Assembly (NCBI GenBank): GCA_944326155.1
Contig: CALVCV010000001.1
Coordinates: 121,184 to 185,183, forward strand
From: an uncultured Bacilli bacterium
GTDB taxonomy: Bacteria; Bacillota_I; Bacilli_A; ML615J-28; CAG-313
Reading direction: 5' to 3'
DNA length: 64,000 nucleotides
The notes beneath the pieces are model-generated. The model worked only from the letters and a program-made list of their open reading frames with translations. It made no database searches and was not told the DNA's origin. The first letter of the stretch is position 1, and each line of letters opens with the position of its first letter. A program made the position numbers and the translations under genes. This document shows positions 20,473 to 29,831 of this stretch, piece by piece.

Positions 20473-20506
20473 ATTTCAACAACAAATTTCAACAAAAAAG
20501 TAAAAC

Positions 20507-20536
20507 AAAAAAAATAGATAATATATTATCTATTTT
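20507..20536 (-). terminator. intrinsic terminator after recO
   Basis: Palindrome AAAATAGATAAT-at-ATTATCTATTTT overlapping the recO stop codon, followed by a U-run on the minus strand. Confidence 0.65.
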
Positions 20537-21296
20537 AAACAATTTTTTTTAAAATTTTTTTTGCAATTGAACGAAAATCCAGATATTTTTCATAATATTT
20601 ATCAATGAAACTATCAAAATTTAAATGTGTATTCGCGATTAATGATAAAAATATATCATCAATTTTGTCTAGTTTAATTAGATATAAATATTTAAAAATT
20701 TGCGTTTCCTCTTCATCTAACTCACAATGAGTAAAATAAGAACAATCTATGCAACAGCCTCCACCAAGATTAATTGATAAAAGTAAGTTGGTAGTTTTTT
20801 TATGACATCTACAACATCCTTCTAAATTAGGGGCAATCCCTAGCAAATAAAGTAATTTAATTTCAAAAATTTCTAAAATAACTGTATGATAGTCATACTG
20901 ATTAAGTAATTCAAAGATTTTCTTTACAAAATTATATAAAAGTTCATGATCTAATACATGTTCAGTAAAAGTAAGTACTTTTTCAATAATCACTTGTGCA
21001 ATCATATTTTTTTCATATACATTTTTTAAATTTGTAAAATTTTGAGTAATATATCCTTCAGTAAAGGTAGATAAATTCTTTCCTTCAGCTATCAAAAAAT
21101 CAACTTCGAGGGGTACAATCGTATATTTTTTGTTACCACTGTTCATTTTATTAGCACCTTTTAAAATAACATGATCTAAACCATCTATTGTTAAAATATT
21201 CAGTATTTTATAATTTTCCTTAAAATCCTTTGAACTTAGAATAATTCCCCGTTTCTTTATCAGTGTTTTCATAAGCTTCTTCTTTCTTTTTAGCAA
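20535..21296 (-). CDS. recO: DNA repair protein RecO
   Basis: 253 aa. N-terminal OB-fold region and C-terminal Cys cluster (CCRCHKK...CCIDC). Conserved era-recO order. Confidence 0.7.
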   Translation of the reverse strand: MLKRKKKLMKTLIKKRGIILSSKDFKENYKILNILTIDGLDHVILKGANKMNSGNKKYTIVPLEVDFLIAEGKNLSTFTEGYITQNFTNLKNVYEKNMIAQVIIEKVLTFTEHVLDHELLYNFVKKIFELLNQYDYHTVILEIFEIKLLYLLGIAPNLEGCCRCHKKTTNLLLSINLGGGCCIDCSYFTHCELDEEETQIFKYLYLIKLDKIDDIFLSLIANTHLNFDSFIDKYYEKYLDFRSIAKKILKKIV

Positions 21297-21442
21297 ACTT
21301 ATAATTCAAATAATCTTCAATATGACCTGTCGTCATAAATTTATCCCAGCATTGTTTGGCACTCTTTTTAGGCAATTTTATCACTCCTTAACTTTAGGAT
21401 GAATTAAAATTGCCATTTTATACTTTGGTAAATCTTGCAAAT

Positions 21443-22348
21443 CTAATCTTTAGGTTTAAAATAACCCAATTCTTTTAATTGACTTTTTTTGTTGCGCCAA
21501 TCTTTTTCAATCTTGACAAATAGTTCTAAGTGGACCTTGCAATTTAAGAATTTTACCATTTCTTTACGCGCTTCAGTACCAATTTTTTTTATCATTGATC
21601 CTTCTTTACCAATAATAATTTTCTTTTGTGAGGCTTTTTCAATAATAATTGTAGCGTATATTTCAATTAAATTAGTATATTCTTTAAAACTTTCAATTAC
21701 CACCGCAACGCTATATGGAATTTCTTCTTTGGTATTTAAAATAATTTTTTCTCTAATTATTTCAGAAATAACAAATCGTTCTGGTTGATCAAGTAATTGA
21801 TCTTCAGGATAAAACATCGGACCAAATGGTAAATGATTTTTGATAAGTTCTATTAACAAATCAATTTGATAGCCACTATGTGCACTAATTGCTAGACTCT
21901 CTTTAAAAATATTATTTTCTTTATATGTAGCCATATTTTTTGTAAGTTCTTCATTATTTTTCACTAAATCAACTTTATTAGCTATCAAAAAGATTGGAGT
22001 TTTGACACTTTTTAAATTTTCAATAATAACTTTATCACTTAGGCCAATTGGTTTTGTGGCATCTATCAAATATATAATTAAATCAACTCCCGATAAGGCA
22101 CCGTAAGCAAATTGATTCATCACTTCACCAAGTTCATTTGTAGGTTTATGAATTCCTGGGGTATCAATAAAAATAATCTGTTCTGTATTTGTTGTATAAA
22201 TACCTTGAATTTTATTACGTGTCGTTTGGGCTTTTGGGGATACAATAACAACTTTTTCTTGTAAGATTTGATTTAAAAGTGTGCTTTTACCTACATTTGG
22301 TCTACCTATTATACTTACAAAACCAGATTTAAAATGTTTATTTTGCAT
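21443..22348 (-). CDS. era: GTPase Era
   Basis: G1 GRPNVGKST, G3 DTPG, G4 NKVD, and a C-terminal KH domain. Confidence 0.9.
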   Translation of the reverse strand: MQNKHFKSGFVSIIGRPNVGKSTLLNQILQEKVVIVSPKAQTTRNKIQGIYTTNTEQIIFIDTPGIHKPTNELGEVMNQFAYGALSGVDLIIYLIDATKPIGLSDKVIIENLKSVKTPIFLIANKVDLVKNNEELTKNMATYKENNIFKESLAISAHSGYQIDLLIELIKNHLPFGPMFYPEDQLLDQPERFVISEIIREKIILNTKEEIPYSVAVVIESFKEYTNLIEIYATIIIEKASQKKIIIGKEGSMIKKIGTEARKEMVKFLNCKVHLELFVKIEKDWRNKKSQLKELGYFKPKD

Positions 22349-22745
22349 CTAAATCACGCTCAGAAAAAATAAATGGCATTAAATCTTTTACATATACCTT
22401 TTTATAAGTTTTATCAAGTCTAAATAAAGTAATTCTACTATTAGGCATCATTAATTCTAAAATAACTTGTCTACAAGCACCACATGGATATAAAAATTCA
22501 TCGCTTTTTCCAATTAACACTAATTCTTCAATATCTTCTTTGCGATACCCATTTGAATACGTTGCGAAAAGCGCACTTCTTTCTGCACAATTTGAAAGAC
22601 CATATGAAGCATTTTCCACATTAGCACCCAAGAAATAATCACCATTTTTTAAGATAACTAGTGCACCAACGTTAAATTTTGAATATTTTGCATATGCATT
22701 ATTATATGCTTTTAATACTAATTCATATTTTTCATTTATTTCCAT
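22338..22745 (-). CDS. cdd: cytidine deaminase
   Basis: 135 aa. Zinc ligands CAERSA and PCGACRQ. Confidence 0.85.
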   Translation of the reverse strand: MEINEKYELVLKAYNNAYAKYSKFNVGALVILKNGDYFLGANVENASYGLSNCAERSALFATYSNGYRKEDIEELVLIGKSDEFLYPCGACRQVILELMMPNSRITLFRLDKTYKKVYVKDLMPFIFSERDLDAK

Positions 22746-22763
22746 ATTTTTCCCTATTCTTCA

Positions 22764-23213
22764 TTATCTAGTAATTTTTAATTCGTTTAAAATCCGATCT
22801 TGCAAATCAAACATAACTTTTTCTTCTTCTTTTTCTTCATGATTGTATCCTAAAAGATGTAAAATACCATGCGTCATTAAAAAAGAACATTCTCGTAAAA
22901 GTGAATGTTGATATTCATTCGCTTGAGCAATGATTTTTTCTTTACATATAAAGACATCCCCTAATTCATAAGGTAACGCACCAGTTGGCTCAGCATCGAC
23001 ATACGCAAAAGATATTACATCAGTTGGTGCATCTTTTTGGCGATATTCTTTATTAATCCTATGTATTTGTTCTAAATCAACAAAAATGTAACTCATAATA
23101 TGTCTAGTTTTAATATTTAGAATTTTCGATGTTCTTTTTAGGATTTTTTTGGATAATTTATATAAATTAAAACCAAGATGAATTTGATTGTCCACTACAT
23201 TGCTTTTTATCAT
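22764..23213 (-). CDS. ybeY: endoribonuclease YbeY (rRNA maturation factor)
   Basis: Metal-binding motif HGILHLLGYNHEE and NVLSF-type motif DVISFAY. Overlaps phoH by 47 nt. Confidence 0.85.
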   Translation of the reverse strand: MIKSNVVDNQIHLGFNLYKLSKKILKRTSKILNIKTRHIMSYIFVDLEQIHRINKEYRQKDAPTDVISFAYVDAEPTGALPYELGDVFICKEKIIAQANEYQHSLLRECSFLMTHGILHLLGYNHEEKEEEKVMFDLQDRILNELKITR

Positions 23214-24195
23214 ATACTTCCTCGTATCGCTCTATAATTTTTGAAACCAATGGATGTCTCATTACATCATATTTAGTAAATTGAATATGTTTAATCCCTT
23301 CGATATCTTTTAAAATTTGTGTAGATTCAAATAAGCCACTTTGGACTTGATGTGGTAAATCTACTTGAGTAATATCACCAGTTATCACCATTTTAGAGTG
23401 AAATCCAAGACGCGTAATAAACATTTTCATTTGCTTAGTTGTTGTATTTTGTGCCTCATCGAGAATGATAAAGGCATTATCTAAGGTTCGACCACGCATA
23501 TAGGCAAGTGGCGCAATTTCAATTACACCTTTTTCGATAAGTTTATCAATGGTTTCTTTGCCCATAAATTCATAAAGAGCATCATAGATTGGGATTAGAT
23601 AGGGATCTACTTTTTCTTTTAAATCACCAGGAAGAAAACCTAATTTTTCACCAGCTTCAACAGCCGGGCGTGTAATAATAATTTTTTTAATTGTATTTTT
23701 CTTGAGGCAGTTTACCGCATAGGCTACTGCTAAATAAGTCTTTCCTGTACCGGCAGGTCCAGTTACAAAGATGATATTGGCTACATCTAACGCATCAATA
23801 TATAACTTTTGAGTTAAAGTTCTGACAATAATTTGTTTACTTTCAAAAGTATTTAAAATAATTTTTTTATTTAAATAGAAATTTTTAATTTGGTCGTCAA
23901 TAATATCTTCATTAATACTATCTTTAAAAAGCATGATTATATGCACAAGATCTCTTTCTTCAAGATTAATCCCATTTTTAATAAGCCAAAAAATTGTTTC
24001 CAAAATACGTTTTGTTTTTAAAAATAATTCCAAATTATTTTCCTGTAATTCTTTATCAATCGTAATAAAGCCACTAATATGATTTAATTTGATATTTAGT
24101 TGAGAGGAAATAACTTGCATATTTCGGTTATTTGGACCTAGGAATTTTTTTTCAATATCTATATTTTCAAATTGTAATATGGTTTGAAATGCCAT
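23167..24195 (-). CDS. phoH: PhoH-like ATPase (YbeZ)
   Basis: Walker A GPAGTGKTYLAVA. Conserved phoH-ybeY-cdd-era-recO block. Confidence 0.85.
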   Translation of the reverse strand: MAFQTILQFENIDIEKKFLGPNNRNMQVISSQLNIKLNHISGFITIDKELQENNLELFLKTKRILETIFWLIKNGINLEERDLVHIIMLFKDSINEDIIDDQIKNFYLNKKIILNTFESKQIIVRTLTQKLYIDALDVANIIFVTGPAGTGKTYLAVAYAVNCLKKNTIKKIIITRPAVEAGEKLGFLPGDLKEKVDPYLIPIYDALYEFMGKETIDKLIEKGVIEIAPLAYMRGRTLDNAFIILDEAQNTTTKQMKMFITRLGFHSKMVITGDITQVDLPHQVQSGLFESTQILKDIEGIKHIQFTKYDVMRHPLVSKIIERYEEVYDKKQCSGQSNSSWF

Positions 24196-24284
24196 TGAAT
24201 CACCATTCTTTCACAATTATTATAACAAAAAAAAGAAAAAATATAAAGCAATTAACTAATTTGTCGTTAAAATTATCATTTTTT

Positions 24285-24334
24285 TTGACAATATAACAAT
24301 GTTATGGTAAAATGTTTAGTGTAACATTGTTACA
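24285..24334 (+). promoter_or_regulatory. sigma-A promoter with two related palindromic operator candidates
   Basis: -35 TTGACA 24285..24290, 17-nt spacer, extended -10 TGgTAAAAT 24305..24313. Palindrome ATAACA-a-TGTTAT (24293..24305) lies inside the spacer. Palindrome TGTAACA-t-TGTTACA (24320..24334) lies between the -10 and the RBS AAAGAGG. Confidence 0.6.
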
Positions 24335-24346
24335 AAGAGGTATATT

Positions 24347-24955
24347 ATGATTTCAAAAAAAGATTTACTTATTAAAACAAATATTTCGTATGGTCAACTA
24401 TATCGGTGGAAACGTCAAGGGTTAATTCCTGAAGAATGGTTTGTTAAAACTAGTTCTATAACAGGACAAGTTACTTTCTTTGATGAAGATTTAATAATAC
24501 CTAGAATCCAAAAAATCTTAGATTTAAAAGATGAATTTTCTATTGATGAAATCAAACAAATTTTAAACCCTTCGCCAAGCGAAATTACCTTTTCCCTCAG
24601 TAAACTAAATAAATTACAATGCTTTGATGGACGAATTTTAAAAAAACTTGTTGATCATGAAACCGATTTGAATATTAACGAAGTAGTAATTTTGTACGCT
24701 TTATCTAAAGCACGAAAGGATATTGAAAAACATTTTTATAAAATTAAATTTGATATTACACTTTCTGAATTTAAAAATTTTGATTTTACTAACGCGAAAA
24801 TGGCACTTATTTCTAAAAAAAGAGAAGGATATATTCTTTTTTTCAATGATTCATTGATTGCTTCAGATAGTGAACTTGAAATCAAACATTATAATTTAAG
24901 TGATTTACAACAAGAACTTTTAGAAATTATTCGCAAATTATCTTATCGAAATTAA
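24347..24955 (+). CDS. YhbD-like protein with an N-terminal MerR-type helix-turn-helix (DUF4004-like)
   Basis: 202 aa. N-terminal KKDLLIKTNISYGQLYRWKRQGLIPEEWF resembles a MerR-type HTH. Followed by a bactofilin-like gene, as in the Bacillus yhbD-yhbE-yhbF arrangement. The family name is recalled from memory. Confidence 0.45.
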   Translation: MISKKDLLIKTNISYGQLYRWKRQGLIPEEWFVKTSSITGQVTFFDEDLIIPRIQKILDLKDEFSIDEIKQILNPSPSEITFSLSKLNKLQCFDGRILKKLVDHETDLNINEVVILYALSKARKDIEKHFYKIKFDITLSEFKNFDFTNAKMALISKKREGYILFFNDSLIASDSELEIKHYNLSDLQQELLEIIRKLSYRN

Positions 24956-24964
24956 GGAGGCAAT

Positions 24965-25660
24965 ATGGAAGATTTAAAAATTAGTGGTTATGGTAAAGCA
25001 AATGGAGGCAATTTTAAAAAAATCGTCATTACAGGCTTTGGCGAAATTTTTGAGGATGCAATTTGTAGCGACTTTCATGGTTCTGGTTCAGTTAAAATTC
25101 GTGGCAAATTACAAACTGAAAATTTAAAATATAATGGGGATGTCAGTGTCGATAATAATCTAATTACAAATACTTGTGATGTCACAGGTAAACTTAGTGT
25201 AAAAGGAAATATTATATCAAATAATATTTCGATATTCGGTGATATAGGTATTCTTGGCAATTGTAGCAACAGCAATTTCATTAAAATAAATGGAAATTTA
25301 TCATGTTATGGTAATATTACTTGTGAAAGTTTTAAATTAAATGGAGGATCAATTTCTATTAATGAAGAATTATGTGCTGAAATAGTCGAAATTAAAAGCA
25401 CACAAATTGATATAAATGAAATTCATGCTACCAATGTTGTAATTAGCAAACCATTTATCCTTAGTATGAAGAAAAAGCACATAAATATTAATGAAATTGA
25501 ATGTACATCAATTGTTGCTGCTCAGTTAAACTGTAAAAAACTATGTGCACAAAATGTAAAATTATCAAAGAACTGTATTGTAGATACATTAGAATATAGT
25601 GGAAACCTAGACCTTGAAGATGGCTGCATCATAAAAGAACTCATTAAAATTGAAAAATAG
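24965..25660 (+). CDS. bactofilin-like polymer-forming cytoskeletal protein (YhbE/YhbF-like)
   Basis: 231 aa of repetitive beta-helix-type segments: G.V.V.N..I.G...V.GK. Asn/Gly/Ile/Val-rich periodicity. GGAGG RBS. Confidence 0.55.
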   Translation: MEDLKISGYGKANGGNFKKIVITGFGEIFEDAICSDFHGSGSVKIRGKLQTENLKYNGDVSVDNNLITNTCDVTGKLSVKGNIISNNISIFGDIGILGNCSNSNFIKINGNLSCYGNITCESFKLNGGSISINEELCAEIVEIKSTQIDINEIHATNVVISKPFILSMKKKHININEIECTSIVAAQLNCKKLCAQNVKLSKNCIVDTLEYSGNLDLEDGCIIKELIKIEK

Positions 25661-25685
25661 TTATGATAACATAACTATTTTTTTT
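25658..25685. terminator. bidirectional intrinsic terminator
   Basis: Hairpin TAGTTATG-ataa-CATAACTA followed by T8. Overlaps the convergent gene ends. Confidence 0.7.
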
Positions 25686-26317
25686 ATCTGATCTTCATAA
25701 TCTTTTTCGCTATAGGAAATTTTAAAAATTTCAACATCTGCTTGTTTTTTAAAATCATGCTTTGGAAAATCACATAAATATAATTTTTTTATATTACTAG
25801 AAAAATCTAAATTAAAATTTGGATTACTACTAAATAAATAAAGTTTTTCATGATATTTAAGCATAATTTCAATTAAATAACTTTTTTTATCATCTAACAG
25901 TTTAGCACCATAACATATAGTAAAGATATTTTGATATTGAGTAAGTAAGAAAAAATATAAATTAATAGCTAATAAAAAAGTTTCATATATAAAATATTGC
26001 AAATGAAAATTTTGATGAAAATGAAGAATAATAAACTCTTTTTTATAAATAATTTTATCAATTACACCAATATTTAAATAAGCTTTTAGTAATTCAAATA
26101 GATAACTGAGTTTATTAAACTCAATGGTTTCAATATGAATGATACCTGTTGTATCACGAAAATAACTAATTTCTTTTTTACAAATAATTTCTTTAACTAA
26201 ATATCGCCACATAAAAGGATATTTTTTTAAATATTGATAAGAATATTTTAAAAATTTTTCATCAACTGGTGATTGTTCAATAGAAGTTATGATATAGTTT
26301 TTATCAATTATTGTCAT
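25661..26317 (-). CDS. hypothetical protein
   Basis: 218-aa ORF. No motif recognised. The start codon immediately follows the rnj terminator. Confidence 0.4.
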   Translation of the reverse strand: MTIIDKNYIITSIEQSPVDEKFLKYSYQYLKKYPFMWRYLVKEIICKKEISYFRDTTGIIHIETIEFNKLSYLFELLKAYLNIGVIDKIIYKKEFIILHFHQNFHLQYFIYETFLLAINLYFFLLTQYQNIFTICYGAKLLDDKKSYLIEIMLKYHEKLYLFSSNPNFNLDFSSNIKKLYLCDFPKHDFKKQADVEIFKISYSEKDYEDQIKKIVMLS

Positions 26318-26349
26318 AAAAAAATCACCTCATTATATTTATGAGGTGA
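26318..26349 (-). terminator. intrinsic terminator after rnj whose 3' arm contains the RBS of the next gene
   Basis: Minus-strand RNA UCACCUCAU-aaauaua-AUGAGGUGA followed by U7, then AUG directly. The GAGGUG in the 3' arm doubles as a Shine-Dalgarno. Confidence 0.6.
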
Positions 26350-26364
26350 GACTCTTTTTTAATA

Positions 26365-28032
26365 CTATTTACTTATATCAATTAATGTACACATAATAAC
26401 AGGACGGTGTTTTGTCAAACGTAGAACCAATTTGGATATTTCTTCTTCCACTACATTAGATACTTCATTAGAAGAAAAACGCTTTTTTACTAAATTATTA
26501 TTTACAATTTTAGTTGCAAGTTCTTCAATTTTTACATCTAATTCACATTGTTTAGTAGAAAAACCTTTGGTAATACAACTTGGAACAGAAATGACTTTTC
26601 GTAATCTACTATCAAAATTAATAAGTAAAATAATTACTCCTTCTTCAGCTAATGTTTCGCGATCATTAATAATTTCCTCATTCACATTACCGAGCAATGA
26701 GCCATCAACAAAGATATCGCCAACATGAATATGACCATCTTTCACCATTTTGCCATCCACAAAATTTACAATTTCACCATTTTGTAATAAAATGATATTT
26801 TCATCTTTAAACCCTGCATCTTTGGCAACCAATGATTGTTCATACATATGACGATATTCACCTTTAATAGGAATAATATATTTTGGTTTCAACATGGAAT
26901 ATAATAATTTTAAATCATCTTTATTTGCATGTGAACTTGACAAAATCTTTTTATCAAAAACTTCAATGTTTATATCATAGCGATATAATTCATTTAGTGA
27001 TTTGATTGCATATTTTTCCGTACCTGGTACTGGTGGACACATCATGACAACTGTGTCTTTCGCATTTAATTTAATAAATTTATCATTGCCAGATGCCATT
27101 TTTAAAATACGTCTATATGGTTCATTGCGAATACCAATGGAGATGATTACTAAATCTTTTTCGGTGTTTTTATCATAATCATCTACTATTGAATCAAGAT
27201 ATACTAATTTTTCACTTGGAATAGTTAAATAATGATTATCAATAGCAATATTAACAATTTTTTCTGATTTTTTACCAATTATCGCAATTTTACGATTCAT
27301 TTCAAGTGATAAACTAATAATTTGTTGAATTCTTCGCAAATCAGACGAATAAGCCGAAACAATAATTCGATTGTCAGTATTTAATAAAATATTTTTATAT
27401 GTATGATTCAAGATACTATCATTTTTAATGCGATTGATTGCACCAGAGCCTATACTTTCACTTAGTACTGCAAGCACTTTTTGCTTACTCAAATCAGTTA
27501 TTTTGTCAAAAGAAGTTTGATATTTCTCATGACTATTTGGTGTAAAATTAAAATCCGTACAATAGACAATTGCACCATCCTTGGTATGAATTGCTATGCC
27601 AATTGATTCAGGTATACTATGTGTCGTATTGAAAAAAGATACGCTAACCTCACCAAATTTTAACATTTTATTCTCATTAATTCTAAATAGTTTAAAATCT
27701 TTTATATTCATCTTATTATCAGAAAGTAAATTTTCAATCAGTGAAATTGTAAAATGAGTTCCATAAATTCTAGTAGGAATTAATTTTAATAAATATGGTA
27801 AAGCGTTGATATGGTCTTCATGTCCATGGGAAATAAAAATGCCTTCAACTCGATCTTTATTTTCGACTAAATAGCTCATATCAGGAATTACTGCATCAAC
27901 TCCATACATGTCAATATCAGGATACTTTATACCAGCATCTAGAATAAAAATGGATTTTTCAACTTCAACAATATACATGTTTTTACCATTTTCACCTAGA
28001 CCACCTAATGCGAAAACTTTAATATTTGCCAT
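26365..28032 (-). CDS. rnj: ribonuclease J (metallo-beta-lactamase / beta-CASP)
   Basis: 555 aa. Motif HGHEDH and the MANIKVFALGGLGENGKNMY N-terminus typical of RNase J1/J2. Confidence 0.9.
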   Translation of the reverse strand: MANIKVFALGGLGENGKNMYIVEVEKSIFILDAGIKYPDIDMYGVDAVIPDMSYLVENKDRVEGIFISHGHEDHINALPYLLKLIPTRIYGTHFTISLIENLLSDNKMNIKDFKLFRINENKMLKFGEVSVSFFNTTHSIPESIGIAIHTKDGAIVYCTDFNFTPNSHEKYQTSFDKITDLSKQKVLAVLSESIGSGAINRIKNDSILNHTYKNILLNTDNRIIVSAYSSDLRRIQQIISLSLEMNRKIAIIGKKSEKIVNIAIDNHYLTIPSEKLVYLDSIVDDYDKNTEKDLVIISIGIRNEPYRRILKMASGNDKFIKLNAKDTVVMMCPPVPGTEKYAIKSLNELYRYDINIEVFDKKILSSSHANKDDLKLLYSMLKPKYIIPIKGEYRHMYEQSLVAKDAGFKDENIILLQNGEIVNFVDGKMVKDGHIHVGDIFVDGSLLGNVNEEIINDRETLAEEGVIILLINFDSRLRKVISVPSCITKGFSTKQCELDVKIEELATKIVNNNLVKKRFSSNEVSNVVEEEISKLVLRLTKHRPVIMCTLIDISK

Positions 28033-28096
28033 AATATCCTCCTTTTTTTTATTATACTAAAAAAAAGGCTTTTTTGCAAGAATTTCGTATAGTATA

Positions 28097-29479
28097 TCAT
28101 GATTTATCTATTCTTTTATTCTTATAAGGCTTACGAAATAACTGATTTAACAATGCTTTAAAATAAAACGGGATAAAAGGATATAAATAAGGTTTGCCAA
28201 AACTTTTTAATAACGACAAATAGAGTAGTAAAAAGGTAAGACTTAAGACTAGCCCGTAAATGCCAAAACAAAATACCATTAAAATGATGACTAATTTAAC
28301 AATTTTATTTGCCAAACTTAATTCATAACTTGGTGTGATATATGAACCTATTGCACTGATTGCGCCAAGTAAAACAATTTGTTCAGAAATTATACCAATA
28401 TCAATTGCCATTTCACCTATTATTATTCCTGCTATAATACCCATCGATGTAGATAAGGCATCAGGAGTATGAATTGATGCCATTCGAATAAATTCTATTC
28501 CAAGTTCCATTATCAGTAATTGGATAAAAATAGCCAAATGATTATTTTCTACTTCAAAAATTTTACCAAAATAAGTAAAATGAAAATTTTCGTATTGTAA
28601 AAAAGTAAACCAAAGTGGCACTGCTAAAAAAGATAAAATAATACCGATAAAACGAATAAAACGTAAATATGAACCAGATATCAATGTTTGTCTAAATTCT
28701 TCAGCATGCTGCATATGGTCAAAAATAGAAACTGGACCTAAAATAGCACTGGGTGATGTATCTACTATAATACCAAACATGCCTTGATATAAGTGTGAAG
28801 CAAAGGTATCCGGACGCTCTGTATATTTTACCAAAGGATATGGAGTATATGCATTTTTGATTAATAATTCTTCTAATGCTTTATCACTCATCGTTAGTTC
28901 ATCTACTTTTACATCTTCCAGTCGCTTTTTAATTTCGTTTAAATATTTTGAATTTACATAATCTTCAATATAAACCAAAGCAATATTTGTTTTACTAATT
29001 TTTCCTATCGTGTAATTAATAATTTTAAGATTTCCACTTTTTATACGTCTTCTTAAAAGGCCAATATTAATAGCAATATTTTCGGTAAAACCATCTCTAC
29101 TTCCTCTCACAACTTTTTCGCCATCTGGCTCCTCAATACCACGTGATGGATAATTTCTTACTTCTGCTATAATAGCACGTGGATCATCATCGACAAAAAT
29201 TGCTACATTACCATATAAGATAGCATCATAAATTAGTTCATAATTTTTTTCTATTGTAATACTTTCGTTTAATAATACTTTAGCAATTTGATCTATACCT
29301 AAAGTTGAGGTGTAGTTATCTAAACTATATATAATATGAATTACACCTTCGCTTTTTATTAAAAAATTTAAAAATACAAGCGTATAATTATGATATGAAG
29401 TCTCAATTTCTCGAAATGTAACATCAAATGATTCCTTATATGATAAGTCTTTTTTTAGTTTTTCAACGTATGCATTCAT
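28097..29479 (-). CDS. spoVAF: stage V sporulation protein AF (GerA-family A-subunit paralogue)
   Basis: 460 aa. GerAA-like soluble N-domain plus C-terminal TM bundle. It sits last in the spoVA operon. Confidence 0.7.
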   Translation of the reverse strand: MNAYVEKLKKDLSYKESFDVTFREIETSYHNYTLVFLNFLIKSEGVIHIIYSLDNYTSTLGIDQIAKVLLNESITIEKNYELIYDAILYGNVAIFVDDDPRAIIAEVRNYPSRGIEEPDGEKVVRGSRDGFTENIAINIGLLRRRIKSGNLKIINYTIGKISKTNIALVYIEDYVNSKYLNEIKKRLEDVKVDELTMSDKALEELLIKNAYTPYPLVKYTERPDTFASHLYQGMFGIIVDTSPSAILGPVSIFDHMQHAEEFRQTLISGSYLRFIRFIGIILSFLAVPLWFTFLQYENFHFTYFGKIFEVENNHLAIFIQLLIMELGIEFIRMASIHTPDALSTSMGIIAGIIIGEMAIDIGIISEQIVLLGAISAIGSYITPSYELSLANKIVKLVIILMVFCFGIYGLVLSLTFLLLYLSLLKSFGKPYLYPFIPFYFKALLNQLFRKPYKNKRIDKS

Positions 29480-29480
29480 A

Positions 29481-29831
29481 CTATCCTCGAGGTTTACAAA
29501 CTAAAGCGATAAGAAAAGAAAAGAAAATTGCAGCAGCAATACCTGTTGAAGTTAAATCAAAAATTCCTGTAAATAATCCCAAATAATCAGTGTTCATAGC
29601 TCCTTCTACTGCAGCATGAGTCAAAGAATGACCAAAACTTGCAATTGGCATTAGGGCACCTGCCCCTGCAAAAGCAATAATTTTATCATATAGTTGAAAT
29701 GCTTCTAAAACAGAACCCAAAACAACGAATAAAACGACTAACTGAGCAGGCAATAATTTAAAAATATCCATACATAGTTGTGCTAAAAGGCAGACCAATC
29801 CACCAAATAAAAAAGCATATAAAAAAATCAT
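29481..29831 (-). CDS. spoVAE: stage V sporulation protein AE (AEb-like)
   Basis: 116-aa membrane protein of SpoVAEb size, between spoVAD and spoVAF. Confidence 0.75.
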   Translation of the reverse strand: MIFLYAFLFGGLVCLLAQLCMDIFKLLPAQLVVLFVVLGSVLEAFQLYDKIIAFAGAGALMPIASFGHSLTHAAVEGAMNTDYLGLFTGIFDLTSTGIAAAIFFSFLIALVCKPRG

